Assembly: GCA_020027215.1 (NCBI GenBank)
Contig: JAHRAO010000038.1
Coordinates: 30,179-94,178 of the forward strand
Source of the DNA: Gammaproteobacteria bacterium
Lineage (GTDB): Bacteria; Pseudomonadota; Gammaproteobacteria; JABABF01; JAHRAO01
Direction: 5' to 3'
Length of the DNA stretch: 64,000 bases
The position numbers and the translations under genes were made by a program. How positions within the stretch are numbered: the first letter of the stretch is position 1; the number at the start of each line of letters is the position of its first letter. The notes below the pieces were generated by a model. The model did not search any database. It was not told the origin of the DNA and saw only the letters and a program-made list of their open reading frames with translations. This document shows, piece by piece, positions 11,061-20,461 of this stretch.

Positions 11061-11147
11061 GGTGCCCAGGAGAGGACTTGAACCTCCACAACCTTACGGT
11101 CACTAGCACCTGAAGCTAGCGTGTCTACCAATTTCACCACCTGGGCG
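11061..11147 (-). tRNA. tRNA-Leu (anticodon CAG)
   Basis: The reverse complement folds as a class II tRNA. Acceptor GCCCAGG/CCTGGGC, D-arm GGTAGACAC, anticodon loop TTCAGGT (CAG), long variable arm, T-arm GGTTCAAGTCC, and a 3' CCA. Confidence 0.85.
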
Positions 11148-11230
11148 GTATGAATGCGATGATATTACTATACAATACATCACATATAATGACACATCTC
11201 TCGTTCCATATTCCATAACGGTTGGCAATA

Positions 11231-11989
11231 ATGAGGATATTGTTTGCATTATGTGCTGCCGCACTCGGAGGATTTTTTTTTGGTTCTGCTGGGTTTGTTA
11301 TCGGGCTATTGCTCGGTTTTTCTATTATCCCACGCCTACAACGCCGGAGAGCAGCACCGGTATTTTCTGAAGTTGCTTTTGCAATAATGGGACATATCGC
11401 GAAGGCAGATGGCCGGATCAGTGAGGAAGAAATCGCAGTCGCCGAGCAATTAATGGAAAAAATGAATTTGCATGGTGCGGCACGCGAGGAAGCGATCCTG
11501 TGGTATCAGTCTGGGACACAGCCACATTTTTACCTCCCGAGGGCGTTAGAACGCTTCAATCATTATTGTCGTTATCATCCGCAGTTGGGACAGCTTTTGT
11601 TATTGTTCCTTATTGAAAGTTCCCTCTCCGATGGCACATTGCATCCCAAAGAACGGGCTGTTTTGCTCCAAGTTGCCGTCAGCCTCGGTTATAATCAGGC
11701 ACAATTTGAGCACATGTTGGACATGAGTGGGGCGCAACATGGATTTTCTACCGATGATTTCCCGCAGGATACATCGCGACTAGACAATGCCTACCATGCC
11801 CTCAATATCGTATCAGATGCGTCCGATCGTGATGTCAAGCGTGCTTATCGCCAACTGATGAATCGCTATCATCCTGATAAAATGACTGCGCGTGGAGTGC
11901 CTAAAGATATGGTGCAATGGGGTACCGAGAAAACCCAGCAAATCCAATCCGCTTATAATATGATTAAAAAATCAAGAGGTATGGCATAA
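11231..11989 (+). CDS. djlA: DnaJ-like membrane co-chaperone DjlA
   Basis: N-terminal TM, a TerB-like middle region (MGHIAKADGRISEEE...), and a C-terminal J-domain with HPDK (YRQLMNRYHPDKM). It aligns with E. coli DjlA throughout. Confidence 0.8.
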   Translation: MRILFALCAAALGGFFFGSAGFVIGLLLGFSIIPRLQRRRAAPVFSEVAFAIMGHIAKADGRISEEEIAVAEQLMEKMNLHGAAREEAILWYQSGTQPHFYLPRALERFNHYCRYHPQLGQLLLLFLIESSLSDGTLHPKERAVLLQVAVSLGYNQAQFEHMLDMSGAQHGFSTDDFPQDTSRLDNAYHALNIVSDASDRDVKRAYRQLMNRYHPDKMTARGVPKDMVQWGTEKTQQIQSAYNMIKKSRGMA

Positions 11990-12507
11990 TGACGACTCGC
12001 ATTCACCTCTGTTTGTTGATATTTCTACAGGCATTGGCAACCGATCTTATCGCTGGACAATCCCCCCCACAGGAACAGCAATCTCTGCCCGCTACGCAGC
12101 ATGTGCAATTATTGGGTGCTACTATTGGTAGTGATAGGGATGAGATGATGCGCCGTATTTCTCGGCGTTATCGCCGCTCGCCCAATTGTCATCGCGTAGA
12201 TGGAAATGAAAAGTGCACACTACACCAAGTCATAGGCCGTCCGATGTATATGCATTTGTATCGCGTTCCTTTCAAACATGTTTCATGGGTATTTAGAGGC
12301 ACAAAACTTATTCAAGTGGATGTTGTATTATTTGACGGTGCAAAATATGTGCCTGACTATTCCAACATTATTGATCGCTTCAACAAACAATACGGGCAAA
12401 AAAATAAGCGGATGGGTAATGTGTTATACTGGAGCAATGACGATGCAACCATACAGTTTGATACCACCCGCGGAGCAATTTCTTTAAGGGAAAATAGAGA
12501 GCAATGA
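11989..12507 (+). CDS. Hypothetical secreted protein (signal peptide, no recognisable domain)
   Basis: MTTRIHLCLLIFLQALATDLIAG is a signal peptide. Its start overlaps the djlA stop (TAATG) and its stop overlaps the protease start (ATGA), so it is translationally coupled on both sides. Confidence 0.5.
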   Translation: MTTRIHLCLLIFLQALATDLIAGQSPPQEQQSLPATQHVQLLGATIGSDRDEMMRRISRRYRRSPNCHRVDGNEKCTLHQVIGRPMYMHLYRVPFKHVSWVFRGTKLIQVDVVLFDGAKYVPDYSNIIDRFNKQYGQKNKRMGNVLYWSNDDATIQFDTTRGAISLRENREQ

Positions 12508-13493
12508 AAATATTACTTGTGCGAGGATTCATTTGTTTGGTGATTTATGTGCCAATCAATTTATGGGCAGATGTTCCGGTAACGATTATCGGCGGTCAAT
12601 TAGCGGATAATAACGAGTATCCGTATGCTGTTGGGTTAGCTGATCCGCGTAAAACATCGGATACAGAATCAGTTTTTTGTGGCGGTAGCTTGGTGGGCGA
12701 TAAATGGGTGCTCACCGCTGCACATTGTGTTGTTGCGGATGATAGTTCAACATCAGAACCAGCCGCAACACGGCCACTTCCAGCCAATGAAATAGAAGTC
12801 GTCATCGGCAAAACTAATTTTGCCGATAGTACCACTCGGCGTTTCTCAGTGAGAAGAGTCATTTTACACCCCCAATATGTTTCTTCCGCTACAGCATCAG
12901 TAGAATATAGTGATATAGCGTTAGTAGAATTAAATAGCACGGTAACCAATCAAGTTGTAGGGCTCGCTTCGCCTACTGACGGACAAAATGCAACGGTCGT
13001 AGGTTGGGGGGTAACGTCGAGTGGCGATGACGCTCGTGCTTCTGATCGTTTGCTTGAAGTCACGCTACCCATTGTCCCTTTATCCACATGCCAATCAGTA
13101 TATATGAATGAATTGAGGGACAATATGCTTTGTGCAGGTACACGAGAGGGCGGCAAGGATTCGTGCCAAGGTGATAGTGGTGGTCCGTTATTGATTTCAC
13201 AAAATTCACAATTGCGGCAAGCGGGGATTGTTAGTTTTGGTGAAGGATGTGCAGAACCGGGTGTTTATGGAGTCTATACGCGCGTTGATTGCTATCTTCC
13301 TTGGCTTAATACAGTCACTGGATTAACTTTTAGTACGAGCGGGACTATCTCCTGCGGTAGTACTGGTGGTGGCGGTGGCGGCGGTTGTACAATGTCTGCT
13401 ACGCAACATACTACGCCGCTTGTGTGGTTGATTCCACTGATGCTTGCCGCCTACCGCTTTATTCGCCGGCGAATGCGTGTCCGCTTGCTTTGA
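12504..13493 (+). CDS. Secreted trypsin-like (S1) serine protease with a GlyGly-CTERM sorting signal (VesB-like)
   Basis: Signal peptide, then IIGG at the mature N-terminus. Catalytic triad motifs TAAHCV, DIALVEL and GDSGGPL. The C-terminus is GSTGGGGGGGC, then the hydrophobic LVWLIPLMLAAY, then RFIRRRMRVRLL. That is a Gly-rich tract followed by a TM helix followed by a basic cluster. Confidence 0.8.
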   Translation: MKILLVRGFICLVIYVPINLWADVPVTIIGGQLADNNEYPYAVGLADPRKTSDTESVFCGGSLVGDKWVLTAAHCVVADDSSTSEPAATRPLPANEIEVVIGKTNFADSTTRRFSVRRVILHPQYVSSATASVEYSDIALVELNSTVTNQVVGLASPTDGQNATVVGWGVTSSGDDARASDRLLEVTLPIVPLSTCQSVYMNELRDNMLCAGTREGGKDSCQGDSGGPLLISQNSQLRQAGIVSFGEGCAEPGVYGVYTRVDCYLPWLNTVTGLTFSTSGTISCGSTGGGGGGGCTMSATQHTTPLVWLIPLMLAAYRFIRRRMRVRLL

Positions 13494-13519
13494 CCGATTA
13501 TTCCACACAATAAAAAAAG

Positions 13520-14737
13520 GTGGGTGCATACAGCTACCAAGCCATTGCTGTCGGCGGTAAGAAAATAAAAGGCGTTATTGAAGGTGATTCGGAACGGCAC
13601 GTCCGCTCACTGCTCCGCGAAAAAAATCTCAAACCTATTAAAGTAACAGTCACCGCTGCGCAAATTAATGGGCAGACCAGTGGCTTTGCATTCTTCCAAC
13701 CGCGCATTAAAATAGCCGATTTGGCATTGATTACTCGCCAATTGGCTATTTTATTACAAGCGGGATTGCCGCTGGATGAAGCTTTGCAAACCACCGCTCG
13801 CCAAACACGTAAGGCACGGTATACCGGTATGCTCTTGCAAGTGCGCTCGCGAGTGACCGAAGGGCATACTTTAGCCCATGCCCTTGCTGAATACCCAAAA
13901 ATATTCAATGACCTTTATCGTGCTATGGTGCAAGCGGGCGAGCATGCTGGATTTTTAGGCGAAGTATTGGAGCAATTAGCAGAGTACACCGAAGCGCGCC
14001 AACAAGTACAGCAAGAATTGAGTGGTGCTATGATATACCCGATCATTCTAGCGTTGATTGCTTTTGCCGTTGTGGGAGGATTAATGGCTTTTTTAGTTCC
14101 CGAATTGGTGCGTATGTTTGAAAATACAGGCAACGAACTTCCTTTACTCACTCGTATTATTATTGCCGTTAGCGATTATGTCGTCGCTTACGGACTTTGG
14201 ACACTTGGAGGCATGTTGGGTTTGTGGTTTTTAACCATGTTTATTCTGCGTAACCGCAATAATTTAGCGCGTTTCCATCGTGTGGTGTTAAAGATCCCCG
14301 TAATCGGATATTTAATACGCATTGCCAACGCAGCACGATTTTCTAACACCCTCAGCATATTAATGAGTAGCGGAGTGCCTTTGCTGGAAGCCTTGCGCAT
14401 CGCAGGTGAAGTATTATCCAATTTGGTGATGCGTGATTCGTGTTTAGCGATCATCAATGATGTGCGCGAGGGGGGGAGTTTGTACCGTGCATTGGAAAAG
14501 ACCCAGCAATTTCCACCAATGATGGTACATATGGTGGCGAGTGGTGAGGCGAGCGGGGAATTGGAACAAATGCTCACTAAAGTTGCCAATAATCAGGATA
14601 GGGAATTGCGTGCTTATTTGAAAACCGCAATGAACCTGCTTGAACCTTTAATGGTGATCGGTATGGGCGGGATGGTATTGCTGATCGTGCTATCTATTTT
14701 ATTACCTGTCTTTAATCTCAATGATTTGGTAAAATAA
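13520..14737 (+). CDS. gspF: Type II secretion system inner-membrane platform protein GspF
   Basis: 405 aa with three TM segments and GspF/PilC-family repeats. GTG start preceded by AAAGG. N-terminus (M)GAYSYQAIAVGGKKIKGVIEGDSERHV resembles EpsF/GspF. Confidence 0.85.
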   Translation: MGAYSYQAIAVGGKKIKGVIEGDSERHVRSLLREKNLKPIKVTVTAAQINGQTSGFAFFQPRIKIADLALITRQLAILLQAGLPLDEALQTTARQTRKARYTGMLLQVRSRVTEGHTLAHALAEYPKIFNDLYRAMVQAGEHAGFLGEVLEQLAEYTEARQQVQQELSGAMIYPIILALIAFAVVGGLMAFLVPELVRMFENTGNELPLLTRIIIAVSDYVVAYGLWTLGGMLGLWFLTMFILRNRNNLARFHRVVLKIPVIGYLIRIANAARFSNTLSILMSSGVPLLEALRIAGEVLSNLVMRDSCLAIINDVREGGSLYRALEKTQQFPPMMVHMVASGEASGELEQMLTKVANNQDRELRAYLKTAMNLLEPLMVIGMGGMVLLIVLSILLPVFNLNDLVK

Positions 14738-14783
14738 TGGTGAAGGGTCAATGAATCAATGCATAATAAAAGAAGGTAATACC

Positions 14784-15227
14784 ATGCACGCATATCAAAA
14801 TTTGCATAAAAAGCAAAGAGGGTTTAGCCTGATTGAGATATTGGTCGTACTAGTGATCATGGGTATTCTTATTTCTTTAGTTGCTCCCAACGTCCTCAAT
14901 CGTATTGGACAAGCGCAGTCCCAAAAAGTATTCAGCGATTTTAAGGCTATTGAGACGGCTTTGACGATGTATAAATTGGATAATTTCAAGTATCCCGATA
15001 GTCAGCAGGGACTGAATGCATTGGTGGGTGGTGACAATTCGGGTTCGGGGTCTCATTGGCGCAAAGGCGGCTATTTGAAAGATACGCCTAAAGATCCATG
15101 GAATCAACCCTATAAATACTTAAGCCCAGGCCAAAACGGCGAGTACGATCTCTATACTTTAGGTGCAGATAATGCAGTCGGTGGTGAAGGGCAAGATGCC
15201 GATATCGGTAATTGGCAGGAAAAATAA
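14784..15227 (+). CDS. gspG: Type II secretion major pseudopilin GspG
   Basis: Prepilin leader MHAYQNLHKKQRG|FSLIEILVVLVIMGIL. Good RBS AAGAAGG before the ATG at 14784. Confidence 0.9.
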   Translation: MHAYQNLHKKQRGFSLIEILVVLVIMGILISLVAPNVLNRIGQAQSQKVFSDFKAIETALTMYKLDNFKYPDSQQGLNALVGGDNSGSGSHWRKGGYLKDTPKDPWNQPYKYLSPGQNGEYDLYTLGADNAVGGEGQDADIGNWQEK

Positions 15228-15834
15228 TAGACAGAGCGACTACCCCGCATTACGGGGATTTACTCTACTTGAAATACTAGTTGTCGTTTTTGTTATCGGT
15301 TTGGCGGCAAGTGTGGTCACCCTAACCATTAACCGTAGCCCAGATTCCCGAATTAAAAAAGCAACCGAGCAATTGTATAACAATCTCAGTTTGGCACAAG
15401 AAGAGGCTGTATTGCAGAATAATTGGTTGGGATTACGGTTAGAACGGGATGAAGACAGAACGGGCTATAATCGTTATCGTTGGTTGTTTTCCACCGATGA
15501 AGCGCAGACGTGGCAACAAATGACGAGTCAATTTTTTAGTGATGTCCAGCTGGGGGAATCACTCCAAATCATTTTAGAAATTGAAGATGGTATTGAACCA
15601 TCACGCGAGCAGGAACGCTTAGATTCCAATCTTTTTTTTGCCAACCCTTCACCCGATGAAGACGAACAGGAAGAAAAACGCCCCCAAGAACCGCCACCGC
15701 ATATCATATTTTACCCAGATGGCGGTAGCGACCCTTTTACAATTACAGTCAACCATCAAGACGGTGAGGGTGAAGAGTTAGCAATAGTTGGTGATGCGTT
15801 AGGGCGGTTAACTATACCTCACCCTGATGAATAA
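15196..15834 (+). CDS. gspH: Type II secretion minor pseudopilin GspH
   Basis: ...ALRG|FTLLEILVVVFVIGLAASVV is a prepilin-type N-terminus. Start is uncertain: ATG at 15196 or 15163. Confidence 0.75.
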   Translation: MPISVIGRKNNRQSDYPALRGFTLLEILVVVFVIGLAASVVTLTINRSPDSRIKKATEQLYNNLSLAQEEAVLQNNWLGLRLERDEDRTGYNRYRWLFSTDEAQTWQQMTSQFFSDVQLGESLQIILEIEDGIEPSREQERLDSNLFFANPSPDEDEQEEKRPQEPPPHIIFYPDGGSDPFTITVNHQDGEGEELAIVGDALGRLTIPHPDE

Positions 15835-16243
15835 GCATTCTCCCCGCACAACTGGTTTTACGCTATTGGAGGTATTGATTGCGCTCGCTATCGTGGCTAT
15901 TGCTCTACCGCCACTCCTCACCAACGCAATTGAGCAAATGAATGGTATTGGTCAATTACGCGAGCGCACTATTGCCCAATGGGTGGCACTCAATCGATTG
16001 ACTGCATTGAGATTGACCAACCATCACAGTGGAAAAGTCGCTCGCGGCCGTAGTAGCGGTCGTAGCGATATGTCTGGTGCGGTGTGGTATTGGACTGTCG
16101 AAACACAGGATACCGAATTGAAGAATTTTTACAAAATTGAAGTATCGGTTAGCGCTCAAGAAAACGGTGCAGCTTTAATTACTTTATCAACCTATTTGAA
16201 TGAATTTACCCCTGACCCTCCCCCGCGCTCGGGACTCAATTAG
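15827..16243 (+). CDS. gspI: Type II secretion minor pseudopilin GspI
   Basis: MNKHSPRTTG|FTLLEVLIALAIVAIALP. Confidence 0.8.
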   Translation: MNKHSPRTTGFTLLEVLIALAIVAIALPPLLTNAIEQMNGIGQLRERTIAQWVALNRLTALRLTNHHSGKVARGRSSGRSDMSGAVWYWTVETQDTELKNFYKIEVSVSAQENGAALITLSTYLNEFTPDPPPRSGLN

Positions 16244-16247
16244 ATCT

Positions 16248-16892
16248 GTGACTCGTATTCAAGTGGCTGGATTTACTTTAATTGAGGTTCTGATCGCGAT
16301 GGCGATCAGTGCTATAGTCGGTGTGATGGCATTTAGTAGTTTGGACGTGACCAGTCGTGCCTTAGATGTTAATCGCCGTTATGCTGAACGCTTGAGCGAA
16401 GTTAATCGCACCTGGGCAGTGATCGCACGCGATCTGCGTCAAACTATTCCGCGCAGTGTGCGTAACCAATACGGTACTGCGCAAGCGGCTTTATTTGGTG
16501 GCTCAGCAACGCAACCGATATTAGAATTGACGCGCACCGGCTGGATCAATCCGCGGAAACTTTATCGTAGTTCAATGCAACGGGTGAGTTATCACTGGGA
16601 GAACGATAGCCTTTACCGTGAATATTGGCAAAATTTAGATCGTTCAACCCAAAGTCAACCTATCCGTAGCTTATTGTTAGAAGGCGTTACTGATTTTAGG
16701 TTGCGGTTCTTAGATGGCAGTAATGACATCAGTGGCGGGAATGACAATGTATTCGGCGGAATCTGGCGCGAGGATTGGAATGCGAATGCCGTGGAGAGTT
16801 CGTCTATTGCGATGCCTCTTGCTATTGAAGTGACCATTGAGATGGACGATTGGGGCGAAGCACGACGTTTATTTGCTTTGGCGACGCCATGA
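16248..16892 (+). CDS. gspJ: Type II secretion minor pseudopilin GspJ
   Basis: ...IQVAG|FTLIEVLIAMAISAIVG. A GTG at 16248 directly after the gspI stop gives a short leader. The alternative ATG at 16200 is inside gspI. Confidence 0.75.
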   Translation: MTRIQVAGFTLIEVLIAMAISAIVGVMAFSSLDVTSRALDVNRRYAERLSEVNRTWAVIARDLRQTIPRSVRNQYGTAQAALFGGSATQPILELTRTGWINPRKLYRSSMQRVSYHWENDSLYREYWQNLDRSTQSQPIRSLLLEGVTDFRLRFLDGSNDISGGNDNVFGGIWREDWNANAVESSSIAMPLAIEVTIEMDDWGEARRLFALATP

Positions 16893-17956
16893 AGTATTGT
16901 GCTTCCCATAGCGTTTGCGGCGCTGCCTTGATTATTGCTTTACTCGTACTGAGTTTGGTGTCTACTTTGACTGTCGGCATGAGCCAATTTTATATGATTA
17001 CAGTGAAGCGGCATAGCAATACTTACCACGGTGAACAGGCATATATGTTTTTAACCGGTGCTGAAAACTTAGCCCGCCATTGGTTACATACGGAAATTAA
17101 AGAAGACAAACGTGATAACGAATTGAGAGATCATTTAGGCGAAACTTGGGCGCTCACTATACCGCCATTTGAAATAGATGGCGGATTGTTAGAGATCCAG
17201 TTAGAAGATTTGTCTGCTAAATTAAATATTAGTGGGCTCATTAATCGCGATGCTAATCAAGTGGGCAAGCTAGGCGCTGTGCCGTATAATATCCAACAGA
17301 GGCGCTTTATCCGTTTGTTGCAAACATATACGACCAGCAATTACTCTATTAGCACGCCTTTACTCAATCAACAACAGGCGATCCAATTGACGCAGGCATT
17401 AGTGGATTGGTTAGACGACGATAGCCGTGTATCGGGCACCGATAGTATGGAAGATGATGATTATATTGCAGAGTATGGATATCGTGCAGCAAATACTTTG
17501 CCACTCAGCACAACGGAATTACAATTATTACCCTTTTTCCGCAGAATTCCAGGACTATTGGCGCAACTCTACAATGATATTACTGTGTGGCCATTACAGG
17601 GTGATAAAATCAACATTCATACAGCGACCAATAATGTGTTGCGTAGCCTCTATACTGGCAATGGGCTTGCACCATTGGCGAGTGAAGATATTGAGCGGTT
17701 ATTATCCAATAATAACCGCCGAACAAAATGGGCGAGTAAAGAAGTGGGTGGTTTTCTAAGTTTAGAAAGTTTTTTACAACATCCGGTGTGGAATAATAGA
17801 GTGAATAATAGTTATCTTACCGAAACCAGTGAGTATTTTTTGTTTACCGGTAAAGTCACTTTGGGAGAAGTCAGCCGTCAAATGAAAAGCGTATTACACC
17901 GTGATCCAAATACCTTTGCGGTAAAAGCTGTCGTCCGTAGCTTAAGCACACTATGA
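16889..17956 (+). CDS. gspK: Type II secretion minor pseudopilin GspK
   Basis: MKYCASHSVCGAALIIALLVLSLVSTL is a GspK-like N-terminus. ATGA overlap with the gspJ stop. Confidence 0.75.
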   Translation: MKYCASHSVCGAALIIALLVLSLVSTLTVGMSQFYMITVKRHSNTYHGEQAYMFLTGAENLARHWLHTEIKEDKRDNELRDHLGETWALTIPPFEIDGGLLEIQLEDLSAKLNISGLINRDANQVGKLGAVPYNIQQRRFIRLLQTYTTSNYSISTPLLNQQQAIQLTQALVDWLDDDSRVSGTDSMEDDDYIAEYGYRAANTLPLSTTELQLLPFFRRIPGLLAQLYNDITVWPLQGDKINIHTATNNVLRSLYTGNGLAPLASEDIERLLSNNNRRTKWASKEVGGFLSLESFLQHPVWNNRVNNSYLTETSEYFLFTGKVTLGEVSRQMKSVLHRDPNTFAVKAVVRSLSTL

Positions 17957-19188
17957 AATTACTCATTTTGCGCCCGTCCTCACAGACCGATTGCTATGAT
18001 ATTGGAATCTATGCTGAAAAAAGTGCTTGCTTTTATCGTCAGGCGCATACTCCTGTACAAGAAATAAAAAAGCACGTCCGCAATGAAAAAATGCACATTC
18101 TTTTATTATTACCCGCTGAAGTGGTGTTGCTGGATACTTTAGAATTTTCTCCTACCGAACGCCGCCATCTCAATGAAATACTTCCGTATTTGCTGGAAGA
18201 GAAGCTCATTGATGATGTAGATACTTTGCATTGTGCTTACAGTATCACCGATAGTGCTGAAGGAAAAGCATCTGTTGCTGTGGTGGAGCGCGATACCTTC
18301 AGAAAATGGCTCACTCCGTTAGAAGAAAACGATTTATTCCCTGACCAAGTGGTTGCCGAACAACAAGCGCTCCCCACGGTTGAGCAACAATGGACGGGTT
18401 ACTATGGTAATGGATATTTATTGTTGAAATGTGATGCATCCATGGCATTATGTGCGCACCATAATATAGCACAGGCGGCATTAGATTTATTGATCCAAGA
18501 TAAGAAAAAAAAATTACCGACCAATATCATGATTGGGGTCGCCAACGATCACGATCGTCAGGAGGCGCTCGCATTCATTCCAAAAAAAGCGACCCCCAAT
18601 ATTACTTTTGAACAGAGAGATTTTTTTGATATGGTCGCTTTGGCGCATACCGCTCGATCCCCCGCTATCAATTTGTTACAGGGGAATTTTGCCTTAGCTA
18701 TTCCGTGGCAACAATTGTGGCAACAATGGCAAGGCGTCATTGTGGCGGGCGCTATTGCATTGACGGTACTCTTGACCGAAGTCGGGTTGGAATGGCATTC
18801 TGCTCACACGCATAATCGTCAATTACAACAAGCGGTGCAAGAGTTGTATAGCCAATCTTTTGCCAACAGCCCCCTCCCTGCCGACCCATTAGCCTACTTA
18901 AAGTCTCGTTTACAACCTTTACAACGTGTCAATAGTACAAGCGGGTTTTCTGTATTATTGGAAAAAGTGGGGGGCGGCATTCGTCAAGTGCCGGGAATCC
19001 GTATAGACAATATTAACTATAACGGGCAATCGGGTGAAATGAAGGTGGGTATTCTATCCCCAGATTTCCAACGGGTTACGGACTTACGCAATCAGTTGAA
19101 TCTCGTTGGAGTGGAAGTGAAATTGATCAATAGCACTTCGGATAACAACATCATCCGCGCCAATTTATCCTGCCGACAACAGACATGA
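17953..19188 (+). CDS. gspL: Type II secretion protein GspL
   Basis: 411 aa. Cytoplasmic domain, one TM (IVAGAIALTVLL), then a periplasmic domain. Start overlaps the gspK stop. Confidence 0.7.
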   Translation: MKLLILRPSSQTDCYDIGIYAEKSACFYRQAHTPVQEIKKHVRNEKMHILLLLPAEVVLLDTLEFSPTERRHLNEILPYLLEEKLIDDVDTLHCAYSITDSAEGKASVAVVERDTFRKWLTPLEENDLFPDQVVAEQQALPTVEQQWTGYYGNGYLLLKCDASMALCAHHNIAQAALDLLIQDKKKKLPTNIMIGVANDHDRQEALAFIPKKATPNITFEQRDFFDMVALAHTARSPAINLLQGNFALAIPWQQLWQQWQGVIVAGAIALTVLLTEVGLEWHSAHTHNRQLQQAVQELYSQSFANSPLPADPLAYLKSRLQPLQRVNSTSGFSVLLEKVGGGIRQVPGIRIDNINYNGQSGEMKVGILSPDFQRVTDLRNQLNLVGVEVKLINSTSDNNIIRANLSCRQQT

Positions 19189-19655
19189 TAAAAGATTGGT
19201 TGAATAGATTGACAAGTCGTGAGCAATGGTTAGTGCTCGTCATGGGTGCGGGTTTAGTAGTATTGATTGGATATAACGCACTGTGGCAACCATTGAGCAC
19301 AGCCACGCAGACATTACGGGATAAAAATACTTATGCTCACGACACGATTGAATGGATGGTCCAAAACAAAAAAGCAATCAATAGCTTGGGGGAGAGCGGT
19401 ATTGCGTCATCTGATGCCACTGGATTATCGGATATCCTCAATCAATCCATTTCACATCGTGGACTACGCATGAGTCGTTTTCAGCCCGGAGAAAATAATC
19501 AAGCACAGGTCTGGTTAGACGATGTCGTTTTTGATACGCTCGTTTTGTGGCTTCACGATTTAGAGATAACCTATGGTTTGAGTATTCTCAATTTAACCAT
19601 TAATAGTCGCGATACCCTCGGCGAAGTCAATGTGCGCTTGCGCATTCAACAATAA
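19185..19655 (+). CDS. gspM: Type II secretion protein GspM
   Basis: 156 aa. MIKDWLNRLTSREQWLVLVMGAGLVVLIGYNALWQPL matches the GspM N-terminus and TM. Confidence 0.75.
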   Translation: MIKDWLNRLTSREQWLVLVMGAGLVVLIGYNALWQPLSTATQTLRDKNTYAHDTIEWMVQNKKAINSLGESGIASSDATGLSDILNQSISHRGLRMSRFQPGENNQAQVWLDDVVFDTLVLWLHDLEITYGLSILNLTINSRDTLGEVNVRLRIQQ

Positions 19656-19667
19656 AAACAGTCAACA

Positions 19668-20444
19668 ATGAAGTTACTGCCATTTCCTATCCCGCGTGTG
19701 CGTACCATCCTCTTCGTCATAATCCTATTGGTCTTTTTTCTAATTTATAATGCCCCAGCGCGCTTAGTTCATTATGTGTTACCGCCCAATGAAGGGACCG
19801 TATTACCTTATGACATTCAAGGCACCATCTGGAATGGATCTATCGGTACTCTTTTTGTCCAAACCCCCAAACAATGGTTACACTTTAATCAATTGCGCTG
19901 GCAATTATCGCCATGGCATCTCTTTGCTGGGCAATTACGTTATAGGGTGACCTTACAATATTTGCGTCACCCTGCTTTTGCCCATATTGTGTTGCATTTT
20001 GGTGGGATCGATATGGAGCAAGTCCAGATGAGTGGTTTGCCACTGAAGCATTTCCGTGATCTTTTACCTCTTCCTTTAGACGGACAACTCATTATCAATC
20101 TAGAGAGGGTAGAGTTACGGCACCGAGAAATCACGACTATACAGGGTGCTGTTGCTTGGAGTGGTGCGGCAGCGATTATTGGGAGTAATGTAGAAGATTT
20201 TGGCGATTTTTCAATGAAAATTACGACCCCTGAAGAAGGGCAGTTTGCTGGAGAATTGACCGATTTTGGAGGGCATTTAGCATTGAATGGCGGCGCAACA
20301 TATCAGGATAAAAAATTTTCAGTCAAAGTGGAAATTGAGGTGCGTGATTCAGCAAGTCCATCATTGCGCCACGGTGTGCAACTCATTGCTCGCCCACTCG
20401 GCAATAATCGTTTCTTACTAGAATACTCTGGGAATGTGCCCTAA
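19668..20444 (+). CDS. gspN: Type II secretion protein GspN-like
   Basis: 258 aa. N-terminal membrane anchor with a PAR motif (NAPARLVHYVLP), then a periplasmic domain. It is the last gene of the gsp operon, where GspN sits in Aeromonas and Vibrio. Confidence 0.55.
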   Translation: MKLLPFPIPRVRTILFVIILLVFFLIYNAPARLVHYVLPPNEGTVLPYDIQGTIWNGSIGTLFVQTPKQWLHFNQLRWQLSPWHLFAGQLRYRVTLQYLRHPAFAHIVLHFGGIDMEQVQMSGLPLKHFRDLLPLPLDGQLIINLERVELRHREITTIQGAVAWSGAAAIIGSNVEDFGDFSMKITTPEEGQFAGELTDFGGHLALNGGATYQDKKFSVKVEIEVRDSASPSLRHGVQLIARPLGNNRFLLEYSGNVP

Positions 20445-20461
20445 TCTGGTAATATGATGCA

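Noticed and set aside
19668-20444. Possibility that the last gsp-operon gene is GspC rather than GspN.
   Set aside because: 258 aa with no PDZ or coiled-coil C-terminal domain and no HR-domain-like region. Its position after gspM and its N-terminal PAR-containing anchor fit GspN. Kept as GspN with moderate confidence.
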